Assembly: GCA_963674825.1 (NCBI GenBank)
Contig: OY771587.1
Location: 1,632,001 to 1,696,000 of the forward strand
Direction of reading: 5' to 3'
DNA length: 64,000 nt
DNA from: Candidatus Cloacimonadales bacterium
Lineage (GTDB): Bacteria > Cloacimonadota > Cloacimonadia > Cloacimonadales > JAIOQZ01
The position numbers and the translations under genes were made by a program. Positions 38,025 through 49,100 of the stretch are shown one piece after another. Position 1 is the stretch's first letter; each line of letters begins with the position of its first letter. The notes under the pieces are model-generated. The model was not told the origin of the DNA and ran no database searches. It saw only the letters and a list, made by a program, of their open reading frames with translations.

Positions 38025-40025
38025 TTATTCTCCAACATGCACTTTCTTGAAATACTCACACTCCTTCAAGCCCTGAAAGATTTTATCTTCGCTGGTACTC
38101 AATTGATTTTGATAACCTTCGAGTTTATTCAGCTCAGCAATATCTTCCTGGGTTGCCTGACCCATACTCAAGCCAATCTTTCTCATTTTTTCGATGAGAT
38201 TCCTGATTCCTGAAATTGCGATCATCATGTTTCGGAATTCCTGTGCGATGTATTGACAGCCACCGATCTTCTCGATGATGAGAGATGCCTGAAACAGTTG
38301 TTCGTGTGCGATATCGAGCTCGTTGAAGCACTCCTGGGCGTAGTAGTTCAGTTCTTCCCAATTGGCGTCGTATTTATCACCTAGTCCGTCCTCTTGTATT
38401 CTGATCAGATATTTCGTCGCGGTATCTTTGTCCAGGTTGAAAAGATTCATCTGATCAATGGCACTACTGATATGGACATAAAGGGGATCGTAGGAGTTTT
38501 CATTATCTATAAGAATCGTTGGCTGGATGCCATTATTCAGCATTTTTCCATCCAGTATGGTATAAATTGCATTTGTGCCTTCATAGGCGTATATATTTCC
38601 AGAATAAGGTAAAGCGGATATCATTGTGCCCGAGAACCAGTATCCATCCACCCACTGGTATTGTATTTGTCCGAGGTTAACCGGGCCGGTTGATACTACC
38701 TCGTAAGCCTCGGAAACCTCGATTTCTTTCGGATGCAGGGGCTTGAACTCCAGACTCTTGATTGTGGATGTATCCGAATTGTAGTTCATCTCGATTATCA
38801 TGTGGTGCTTCTTATCGGTTACTCCCTCCGGCATCGAGACGCAAGTGTATTTGGTAGTCGATCGAACGTATTCGGGACCGAATTTCTTTTCGATTTCATC
38901 GTAGCTCATTTGTTTATCCAACCCGTACATGGTTAATTCGGATTCCCGATCGATCCTTAACAGGATCGAACAGATGACTCTGTCGTAGTCGGTCGTCTGG
39001 ATAACAATTTTACTCCCGGGCGCTACTGCGAACACGCCGTCTTTTTTGAAGCCGTATTTCTCCCGAAGTACCGTCCAATCCTCGTTCGAGTAGTCCTTTT
39101 TTCCAAACATCTCGATCATGTTCTTTGTTTTGTTTTCAGATAAATATTGCTCCCAGATATCGGGATGGGACTCTGCTGGCTCAGGGTTGTCGATGTATTT
39201 CACACTGCGGAGTTCGGTTTCAATGTCCTGATTCGAAGTTTTAGCTATGTGCTCATACGGATCAACGTATGTCTCCCCGGTCGTGCTCTGTTCAGCGGCA
39301 ACGAGGTTCATGATCGATTGACGTTCTTCGCTGGGCAACATCTGCAGGAAATCCTCTGCATCCTCCTGCCAGATGTTAGGCGGTGATTTGATGTAATCAC
39401 CCACGATCGTCACTTCGTCCACGATGAAATCACCCGATAAACTGTAACTGTATCGCAAGCTTACAGTTGCATCCCGTCTGTTGCCCTTTGGATAATAGAC
39501 GATTTTTGCTCCGTTTGGGTTTCCTTCCGACGCAGTGTCCTCGATATCCCATACGGTATTAGCTACAAAATGATTTCCTTCCTGAATCGCTTTTCCATAA
39601 GCATCCCAATCGAAGTTCTCCCAATCGATGTTTTTATCGTCCATACCATGATCGCTCGCTGAATCGTTATAGCCAGCCGTTGCGAGGAAATCCTTGTACC
39701 TGATCGGCAGACCGTAGAAAGCCAGCAATTCGCCGAATAAATTCTCGGATTCTTCGTCCTTTTTGCAGGTGAAAATAATCTCCTGGAGTCCTCTTGCCAG
39801 CGACATCGTAACACTGATTTCGATGTTATCATAGTATTTGTGGATGGTCGTATCCCCATTGAGTTCTTCGTATTGAACGCCCAATCTGAGGGCATAGTAG
39901 ATCACGAGCGGGTCATCGGCGGGTTTTCCGATGACGAGGTGAATAAGGGGTGAAGACGGGATGAAACCGAGCGCCGGGATAGATAACGAGAGAAATGCGA
40001 TGGCTGCTGTCAGAATGTATCTCAT
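38025..40025 (-). CDS. Hypothetical exported protein
   Basis: 666 aa ORF, signal peptide, SD GAGG; helical C-terminus; no family recognised. Confidence 0.7.
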   Translation of the reverse strand: MRYILTAAIAFLSLSIPALGFIPSSPLIHLVIGKPADDPLVIYYALRLGVQYEELNGDTTIHKYYDNIEISVTMSLARGLQEIIFTCKKDEESENLFGELLAFYGLPIRYKDFLATAGYNDSASDHGMDDKNIDWENFDWDAYGKAIQEGNHFVANTVWDIEDTASEGNPNGAKIVYYPKGNRRDATVSLRYSYSLSGDFIVDEVTIVGDYIKSPPNIWQEDAEDFLQMLPSEERQSIMNLVAAEQSTTGETYVDPYEHIAKTSNQDIETELRSVKYIDNPEPAESHPDIWEQYLSENKTKNMIEMFGKKDYSNEDWTVLREKYGFKKDGVFAVAPGSKIVIQTTDYDRVICSILLRIDRESELTMYGLDKQMSYDEIEKKFGPEYVRSTTKYTCVSMPEGVTDKKHHMIIEMNYNSDTSTIKSLEFKPLHPKEIEVSEAYEVVSTGPVNLGQIQYQWVDGYWFSGTMISALPYSGNIYAYEGTNAIYTILDGKMLNNGIQPTILIDNENSYDPLYVHISSAIDQMNLFNLDKDTATKYLIRIQEDGLGDKYDANWEELNYYAQECFNELDIAHEQLFQASLIIEKIGGCQYIAQEFRNMMIAISGIRNLIEKMRKIGLSMGQATQEDIAELNKLEGYQNQLSTSEDKIFQGLKECEYFKKVHVGE

Positions 40026-40303
40026 AAACGATCCTCGAAATTTTTTTGAAGTTTGCTGACGGGAAAGATATCGTCAATATAAAAAGAGTATTCTGTGTGG
40101 GTTGAAACAACGATGTTGATACCCTGGAAATGTCGTAACATTTTCCTTATCACACTTGCGAATCGAATGTTTTCTATGCAAGAAAAAGAGAGGAGGATCC
40201 CTTGCACAATCCGTTTAACGAACGCGCTGCGCCGGAGATAAAAGACGAAACGATGGTGGCACTTCTACTACTTCTGAATACAAGAAGAGGCAGTAGTGGG
40301 CGA

Positions 40304-41791
40304 TTATCCATTTTGAGAATACTGATGCATCATCTTACGAAAATGGTAACCGTAGATAGTATAGGTAATAATCTTACGGAACGAATGTGGTTTTCGGAAA
40401 ATACTCCAGCAGAGAAGTTTCCAGTACTGGAATCGATCTTTGCCAATAACACCTAAGATTATAAATGTTTTCAACAACGCGATGATTTCATAGAAATGGA
40501 CCGATTCATGAGGGGGCTTTCGCTTATCGATTGACAGGAAGGTTCTCACTCGGTTGTAGAAAACCTTTGAAGAGTATAACTTATTCATTAAACGCTTGTA
40601 ACCGGGGATAAGGGTTTCTATTCTCATCGCTGGAATAAAATTCATCGATATATCAGTGTTATCGCCGGTCATTTTTCCGATTAGTCTTCCTTCCTCGTCC
40701 ATGCGTTTATATAGGGTAGTGTTGACCGGCGCATTGAGTAAGCCGACCATGGCGGTAACGATACCGCTATCCTGAATGAATTCAAACATTTTATCGAAAA
40801 TTGTAGGTTTATCATTGTCGAAACCGATGATAAACCCTCCCATGACCTCAAACCCGAAGGTCTGGATCTTTCGCACGGAAGCAATGATATCTCTCCGGCA
40901 ATTGGCAACCTTTCCACATTCAACGAGGCTGTTTTCGTCCACCGTTTCAATCCCTATGAAGACCGTGTCAAACCCGGCAGCCGACATCATTCGCATCAAA
41001 GGTTCATCGTCTGCCATATTGATCGAGCATTCGGTATAGAGAGAAAATGGATAGCGATGCTCCTGCATCCAGGAAATAATTCCAGGAAGAATATCACTTT
41101 TCAGCTTCTTGATATTGCCGATAAAATTGTCATCAACTAAAAATACTGCGCCGCGCCACCCATGGGAATACAGTGAAGTCATTTCAGCCAGAATTTGCTC
41201 GCGATTCTTCGTTCTTGGCACATTTCCAAACAAAACGGAAATATCGCAAAAACTGCAATGGAAGGGACATCCCCTTGAGTACTGAATGTCAATCGAAGCA
41301 TACTTTCTGAAATCGATCAAATCCCAACGAGGTAACGGAGTTGTTGTTATATCGGCCCATGTTGCGGCTCGATAGATTTTTTTCAGTTTTCCAATGGATA
41401 GATCGGTAAGGAATTCTGGTAGAATAACTTCCGCTTCACCAAGAAGTAGATGATCGACCATTGGAAAAGCATCTGGTTGTGATGTGAACAGCGGTCCGCC
41501 TGCCACAACCTTTCGTCCAAGATTATGGCATCGGTCGATGACATTCAATACGGATTTTTTTTGGATCGACATTGCACTTAAAAAGACCAAATCGGCCTGA
41601 AGAATATCCTGCTTCTGTAATTTAGACACATTCATGTCGATCAACTTGATCTGCCAATCACTGGGAAGCATGGCTGCCACAGTTAAAAGACCAAGTGGAG
41701 GATCGCTTGCCTTTTTTGAAATGAAATGCAAGGCGTAACGAAAACTCCAGAACGAGTCTGGACAAAATGGGTATATCAATAAAGCCTTCAT
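40304..41791 (-). CDS. B12-binding radical SAM protein (DUF4070-type)
   Basis: PPLGLLTVAA, AGGP, SRGCPFHCSFC (CxxxCxxC), DDNF, FIIGFD.D. Confidence 0.9.
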   Translation of the reverse strand: MKALLIYPFCPDSFWSFRYALHFISKKASDPPLGLLTVAAMLPSDWQIKLIDMNVSKLQKQDILQADLVFLSAMSIQKKSVLNVIDRCHNLGRKVVAGGPLFTSQPDAFPMVDHLLLGEAEVILPEFLTDLSIGKLKKIYRAATWADITTTPLPRWDLIDFRKYASIDIQYSRGCPFHCSFCDISVLFGNVPRTKNREQILAEMTSLYSHGWRGAVFLVDDNFIGNIKKLKSDILPGIISWMQEHRYPFSLYTECSINMADDEPLMRMMSAAGFDTVFIGIETVDENSLVECGKVANCRRDIIASVRKIQTFGFEVMGGFIIGFDNDKPTIFDKMFEFIQDSGIVTAMVGLLNAPVNTTLYKRMDEEGRLIGKMTGDNTDISMNFIPAMRIETLIPGYKRLMNKLYSSKVFYNRVRTFLSIDKRKPPHESVHFYEIIALLKTFIILGVIGKDRFQYWKLLCWSIFRKPHSFRKIITYTIYGYHFRKMMHQYSQNG

Positions 41792-42045
41792 AGGAATAAA
41801 CCTTTAGAATCAAGACAGTTGACATCAGTATTGCTTCGGAGCTTCATTTTGTCACATTTAAGATTAGGCCAGCCACATGCTCTTTTTGCAGTAAACGACA
41901 GGGGTGATTCTTCTGGCGCAATCCATCTCACAGTTATTTTTAGAAACACACACACTTATCTATAAGATAGTCTAATACCGTCCTTGCACGAAGTCAATTA
42001 AAATTACAGTGTCAACCTCAACTAGCTGAATACCAGTAAAGGCGA

Positions 42046-42206
42046 CATGTCTCTTCTGCCGATAACAGCAGTCTGGTGACGAACGGCCCATGGAGAAGCT
42101 TGGGAAGATGAGCGACAACAGCGCGAATGCTCCCATCATGCTCAAGAAAATGCAGTACGACCCAGTCAAGAAGCAGGTATTGCTCAAGCCGTTAGAAAGC
42201 TGTTGA
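42046..42206 (+). pseudogene. Degraded IS91-like (Y2) transposase fragment
   Basis: Frameshifted pieces HVSSADNS / GDERPMEKLGK...APIMLKKMQYDPVKKQVLLK resemble HSGFS.DN...D...ERL.RY..RAP.SL.K..Y....QV. Confidence 0.4.
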
Positions 42207-42268
42207 GACAACGAATTTCAAGTAGGCATTCGTGCTATCTCCATTATTATATAGAAGTTGGAGGAAAC

Positions 42269-42793
42269 ATGATGATCATACTTAGTATTGTAAGCATCGC
42301 ATTGTTGCTTACTGGTTGTGCTACAACCGCAGATTTGCCAGATCGCCCTACTGTACAAGAAGTGGAAATCGATCGCTATATTGGTAAATGGTATGAAATC
42401 GCACGTATAGACAACCGCTTTGAGCGGGATCTTGTTGGAGTGACAGCCGAATACACATTGCGTTCCGATGGTCGAATCAATGTTCTGAATTCCGGTTATA
42501 AAAACACGCTGGAAGGCAAAAGGAAAACAGCCAGCGGTGTTGCTAGAATTCCTGATCCTTCACAACCAGGGCGACTGCAGGTAACATTCTTCTTGTGGTT
42601 TTGGAGTGATTACCTCATTTTAGATCTGGACACGAAGGATTATCAATATGCGTTGGTAGGTAGTTACAGCAACGATTACTTATGGTTATTGTCTCGAACT
42701 CCATCAATGGATGAATCAATCTATCAAATGCTTCTGAATAGAGCCAGTGCTTTGGGATATGATACATCTAAGTTGATACTTGTAGCGCAGTAA
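42269..42793 (+). CDS. blc: Bacterial lipocalin lipoprotein
   Basis: Lipobox LTGC; RY.GKWYEIAR, A.Y.L..DG.I.V.N, Y.YALVG, LWLLSRTP. Confidence 0.88.
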   Translation: MMIILSIVSIALLLTGCATTADLPDRPTVQEVEIDRYIGKWYEIARIDNRFERDLVGVTAEYTLRSDGRINVLNSGYKNTLEGKRKTASGVARIPDPSQPGRLQVTFFLWFWSDYLILDLDTKDYQYALVGSYSNDYLWLLSRTPSMDESIYQMLLNRASALGYDTSKLILVAQ

Positions 42794-43148
42794 GCTAAAT
42801 GAATCTTGTTGTTTCGTCTCTGCGGATCCATGCTTTGTTGGTAATGCAAAGCAAGCAGCGTCAAATCATTAATGATCAGAAGATAGAAACGCTTTTTACA
42901 GAGTTGAAAGTTCACATAAGTCCGCAAGCAGAAGCGACAGTAAACATCCTTGTTTAGCGTCCTCTCTATCATATAATAACAATCCCTCTTCCAAGTTGAT
43001 AATGACGGTCGTTTCCCATGATTCTATTCTGATTATACGGCAAATACTTACACATCCCAAATTAGTCTGAGTTCTACATGGATTCTTGATCATATCGGAA
43101 CGAAATATGCATATTTTGGTAGGTAACTACTTCATAAGGGGTTCTGCG

Positions 43149-46100
43149 ATGAAAAAGTCCATGTTGTCAGTGTTTCTGTTATTTATATTTCTTACATTCC
43201 TTGAAGCAGCTCCTGTTCTACAGAGCGACGCAGATATCGTTGCGGAGAACTGGAGCAAGCACTGGAGCGAATTGCGCAACAGTGAAATAAACGTTCGATC
43301 TTCAGAAACTATTGGGACACAACTATATCTGTATCACTTGGATCCAGCCGGATTCCTTTTGATTTCAGCTGATGATAACCTTGAGCCGATTCTGGCTTAC
43401 GATTTTACAACCACTGCCTCTGAGACAAAGCCAGACAACTTTTTAAGCTGGCTGGATGTGTATCAGGAAGAGTGCGACTATGTTCGAAGCCATGAAATCG
43501 ATGACACGCGTTGTAATCAACTCTGGTCTGAACTGTTGACAGACGACCTCTCCCGCTACCAGAACACTCGCAATGTATCCCCGATGATTTGGTCGCAATG
43601 GGGCGAAGGCGACGATTGGAATGATGCCTGTCCCGATGATCCGGATGGCCCTGGCGGAAATGCTTATGCCGGTAGCCATGCTGTCGCCATGGCAATGTTA
43701 ATGAAATACTGGAATCATCCTGCGCAGGGTGAAGGACAAAATAGCTATTATCTTCCTGAATACGGTGCTGTCGAAGCAGTATTTGATACGACCCACTACG
43801 GCTGGACGCATATGCCGAACTCATTTAGCACCAACTGGACAGAAAACTTGATCTTCCACTGCGGTGTTGCGACATTTATGGACTACAGTCCAACATCTTC
43901 AACCACATCGATTAACGCGGTAGCTCAGGCGATGGTCGATCACTTCCGTTACAGCTCAGAAATGGATCTCCTGGCCAGGTCGGACTACGACGAAACAGTT
44001 TGGGAAGGAATGGTGCGAACCGAGCTGGAAAATGGAAGACCGCTGCTCTACCAGGGCGAAGGCACAGCCTTGCACGCCCACTTGCTGGATGGCTATCAGA
44101 ATACCGATTTCTTCCATTTCAACTGGGGTAACGAAGGGCAGTACAACGGCTACTTCCAGTTGAGCGCTATTACGCCATCTACGGCCAACTATACCTCGAA
44201 TCAGAAAGCCTTGTTCAATGTGCAGCCCAGTCTTGGGCCAGATACAATCGACGAGAGCTTCGAAAATGACTGGAATACATTTAACTGGGAATTCGCCGGG
44301 CAATCGGAATGGCAAATCGCAACAGACGAACACTTTTATGGCATCAAATCAGCTAAATCCGGTGATATCAACCACAACCAGACATCAGAGATTTTCCAAT
44401 CCTGGAATGTATTGGAAGATGGTCCCATCACGTTCTGGTGCAGGGTCTCCAGTGAAGACAACGGTAATAACGATTATGATCGACTGGAATTTTGGATCGA
44501 CGGAGTCGAAGCAGATCGATGGGGCGGCGAGCGTGACTGGGAGCAAATGTCGTACGACATCACTGCCGGCGTACATGAGTTCCGCTGGATATACCGAAAA
44601 GACGGTAGCCTTGTCTCTGGGCAGGACTGCGCGTGGATTGATGCGATCGACTTCCCGGATGGCGCTACGCCGTTGAACGCACCTCAGAACTTCACAGCAA
44701 GCATCGTGAATGATGACTCCGTTCTCATGACGTGGGAAGCACCGCTTATCCGCAACCTTCTCGGCTATCGCATCTTCAGGAATAATGTCGAGATAACGAC
44801 AATCCTGAATCCGAATACCCTTCAATTCATCGACCTCAACCTGCCCAACGGATCGTATTCGTACTACGCCAGAGCAGTTTATGATTCCGGCGTGTCTGAT
44901 CCTACGATCACCCATGTCATCAACATCGAGGTACTCTATCCACCCACAGCTCTCGTGGCATCGGTGTCGAATTTCGACGATGTGCTGCTTGCCTGGAACA
45001 TGCCAGCAACGCAGCAGGCACGGCGAACGCCTATTAATACCCGTAGCCTGATGGGCTATCGCATTTACCGCGACAACACCCTGATTGATTCTGTAAACAG
45101 CCAGACAACTTTACAGTACGCCGATAATGATCTGCCTGAAGGAACACACGAATATCAGGTATCGGCAATCTATTCATCCGGTTATTCAGAGCTGTCCAAC
45201 GTCGCCGTAGCAGCCATCGGCGTTCCCTGGCCACCCTCAGAGCTGACGGCGCAGGTACAGAATTTCAACGAAGTTTTCCTGGATTGGACAGCGCCTCCGC
45301 AGACATCGGAAACGCTTACAGGTTACAAGATTTATCGTGGTCTGGACCTTGTGCATGAAATGACGGACATCACCAGCACCAGCTACACCGAACTCGATCT
45401 GCCTAATGGTACTCATGTGTATCATGTTACTGCAATCTATGGAGAAGTTGAGTCTGGTCCATCGAACACAGCAGTGGCCACGATTGAAGTACCCTATCCT
45501 CCCCAAAACCTTATTGCAGATGTCGCAGAAGACGACGTGACGCTGGATTGGGATGCCCCAGCCACTGGATCGCGCAATCTCACTGCCTATTACGTCTATC
45601 GAAATAACAGCCCGATCGCCACGATCTGGAATACGAATGTGACATCATATTTCGACCCGATGCTGGCGAATGGATTCTACGCATATAAGGTCATAGCCGT
45701 TTACGGTGATGTATATTCGGAACCTTCGAACATCGTGAATATTGAAATGGATATACCATATCCGCCATCCAACCTATCAGCACAGATTGAGAACTTGAAC
45801 GATATCGTCCTGAACTGGGATCAACCGCCTGTTCAGGGGGGATTGCGCTCGTTTCTCGGATATCACGTCGTGCGTAACGGTGAAAATCATGCACTGGTTA
45901 CGGATTTCAACCAGTTGACCTGGACCGACGAGAATGTTGACAACGGTGTCTACGAATACTTCGTTTACGCTGAATATAACGCCGGGAATTCGGAATCCAC
46001 CAACGATGTCGAAGTTACGGTGGAAGTGCTGTACCCGCCGCAGAATCCCTCTTATACAATCGATGATGACGACGTCGTTCTCACCTGGGACTTGCCGGCT

Positions 46101-49100
46101 ACCGGCGGTGGCCTCACTCGTGACCTGCTGGGCTACACCATCTACCGTGATGATATCTTGATCCAGACAATCAACGATCCTGCCGTTCTTACCTGGACGG
46201 ATTTGAATCTTGCCAACGCTACCTACACGTATTACCTGCAAGCAACGTACACCTCCGGTGTCTCAGCTCCAACCGATAACCTTGATGTTATGGTTGAAGT
46301 GTTCTATCCAGCTTCAAACCTTGTTGGAGAGATTATCAATGAGGACGATGTTGCGCTGACATGGTCTCCTGCATTGAACTCCGGCGGTCTTCGCATGTTG
46401 CAGGGCTATCGCGTGTTCCGGAATGATATCGCGATAACCGATGTCACCCCCGCAGACACGACATGGCTTGATTCTACGCTTCCCAATGGCGATTACATCT
46501 ACTACGTGAAAGCACTTTACGAAAATGGGCTTTCAGCTGAAACTAATCACGTACCGATTCACATCGAAGTGATGTATCCAGCACGACAACTCACCGCCTC
46601 TGTAACAGGTGATGATGTCAACCTGGCCTGGCTTGAGCCACTCACATCGGGCGGTCTTTCAAGAGACCTGCTCGGATACAGGATCTACCGGGATTCAGAT
46701 GAGATCGCGGTTATCAACGATCCGGCTCAAGTAGCGTTCATGGATATGAACCTGGACAACGGATCTTACAGTTACACGGTAAGAGCGGAATATGCTGTTG
46801 GCTTGTCTGAACCTTCCAACACAGCGCTCGCATCTATCGAGGTGCTGTATCCGCCCACAAACCTCACTGCTATTGTTACAAACGATACAGTCAGCTTAAA
46901 CTGGAATATACCGGACAATGGTCCCACGCGTAACTTGCTGGGCTACACGATCATCCGGAACGGAAGCGTATTGCTGCAAATAGCAGATCCCGCGACCGTT
47001 GGTTACGAGGATACTGGTCTGGCGAACGGCGAATACTCCTACGAGGTTGTTGCCGATTACTCAACAGGGCAATCTGCGTCTGAGGGGCCTGTAACAGCAA
47101 CTGTTGAGGTTCTGTACGCTCCCAGAAACCTTGGCTGTTCACTCGAAAATTACTACAATGCCGTGCTTACTTGGGATCCTCCGCTCAATCAGGGGGGGCT
47201 GACTAGAGTGATGAATGGCTACCAAGTGTTCAGGGATAGTGTCCTCATCGCCGATGTAACGGATGTGAACTATACCGATAACGCCCTGCCTGACGGCTCG
47301 TATGATTATACGGTGAAAGCCGTTTACACATCAGGCGTGTCGCAGGCCTCCAATACCGTCAATGCTATCATCGAATACCCCTACGCTCCAAGCGGATTGA
47401 GTGCGGCGGTCAGTCAGGACACTGTTTCCCTGGTCTGGACAGCGCCCAGCAGCAATACAGTCTTGGGGTACACCATTTACCGTGATGGAGTTTCAATTGC
47501 CGATATCAACGACTCGGCTATCCTGAATTTCAATGACACAGGCCTTGCTAATGGTAGTTATTCCTACTACGTGATTGCCCGGTACAACGTTGATGATTCA
47601 GTTCCCTCAAACACAGTCACCGCTACGGTCGAGGTGCTTTATCCGCCGCAGAATCTTGAAGCATCCGTCATGCAGGACGAAGTGACACTTTCGTGGGAGC
47701 TTCCTGCCGTGCAGGGTGGACTGACCCGTGATCTGCTGGGCTACAAGGTCTATCGCGATGGTAATCTGATAGAGGAAATAACCGGATCCCTGACATACAC
47801 GGATATTGATCTCGCAAACGGCGCTTATGACTACGAAGTGAGTGCTGTTTATACAACCGGTGAATCGCAGATGTCTAACCTCGTTACCGCTACGGTTGAG
47901 GTGCTTTATCCACCGCAGAATCTTACATATGCGGTCACTCAGGATGAAGTAACACTCACATGGCAGCTTCCGGCCGTGCAGGGCGGCTTGACCCGCGATC
48001 TGCTGGGCTACAAGGTCTATCGTGACGGTGTTCTGATTGAAGAGGTAAGCGGATCCCTGACATACACGGATATCGACCTCGCAAACGGCGCATACGACTA
48101 CGAAGTGAGTGCTGTTTATACAACCGGCGAATCGCAGATGTCCAATCTCGTCACCGCTACGGTCGAGGTGCTTTATCCACCGCAGAATCTTGAAGCATCC
48201 GTCATGCAGGACGAAGTAACACTCACATGGCAGCTTCCGGCCGTGCAGGGCGGCTTGACCCGTGATCTGCTGGGTTACAAGGTCTATCGTGACGGTGTTT
48301 TGATTGAGGAGATAACCGGAGTCCTGACGTACACAGACGTTAATCTAGCCAACGGCGCATACGACTACGAAGTGAGTGCTGTTTATACAACCGGTGAATC
48401 GCAGATGTCTAACCTCGTTACCGCTACGGTTGAGGTGCTTTATCCGCCGCAGAATCTTGTTGCAGAAGTTGCTCAAGATGAAGTGACACTCTCATGGCAG
48501 CTTCCTGCTGTGCAGGGTGGACTGACCCGCGATCTGCTGGGTTACAAGGTCTATCGCGATGGTGTGGAAATCACCGAAACCAACGATCTCAACTATCTCG
48601 ATATCGACCTCGCCAACGGCGTATACGACTACGAAGTGAGTGCTGTTTATACAACCGGTGAATCGCAGATGTCCAATCTTGTTACAGCAACCGTTGAAGT
48701 GCTTTATCCGCCGCAGAATCTTGAAGCATCCGTCATGCAAGATGAAGTAACACTCACATGGCAACTTCCTGCTGTGCAGGGTGGATTGACCCGCGATCTG
48801 CTGGGTTACAAGGTCTATCGTGACGGTGTAGAAATCAACGAAACCAACGATCTCAACTATCTAGATATCGATCTCGCCAATGGCGCATATGACTACGAAG
48901 TGAGTGCTGTTTATACAACCGGTGAATCGCAGATGTCCAATCTTGTTACAGCAACCGTTGAAGTGCTTTATCCACCGCAGAATCTTGAAGCATCCGTCAT
49001 GCAAGATGAAGTGACACTAACATGGCAGCTTCCTGCTGTGCAGGGCGGACTGACCCGCGATCTGCTGGGCTACAAGGTCTATCGTGACGGTGTTTTGATT

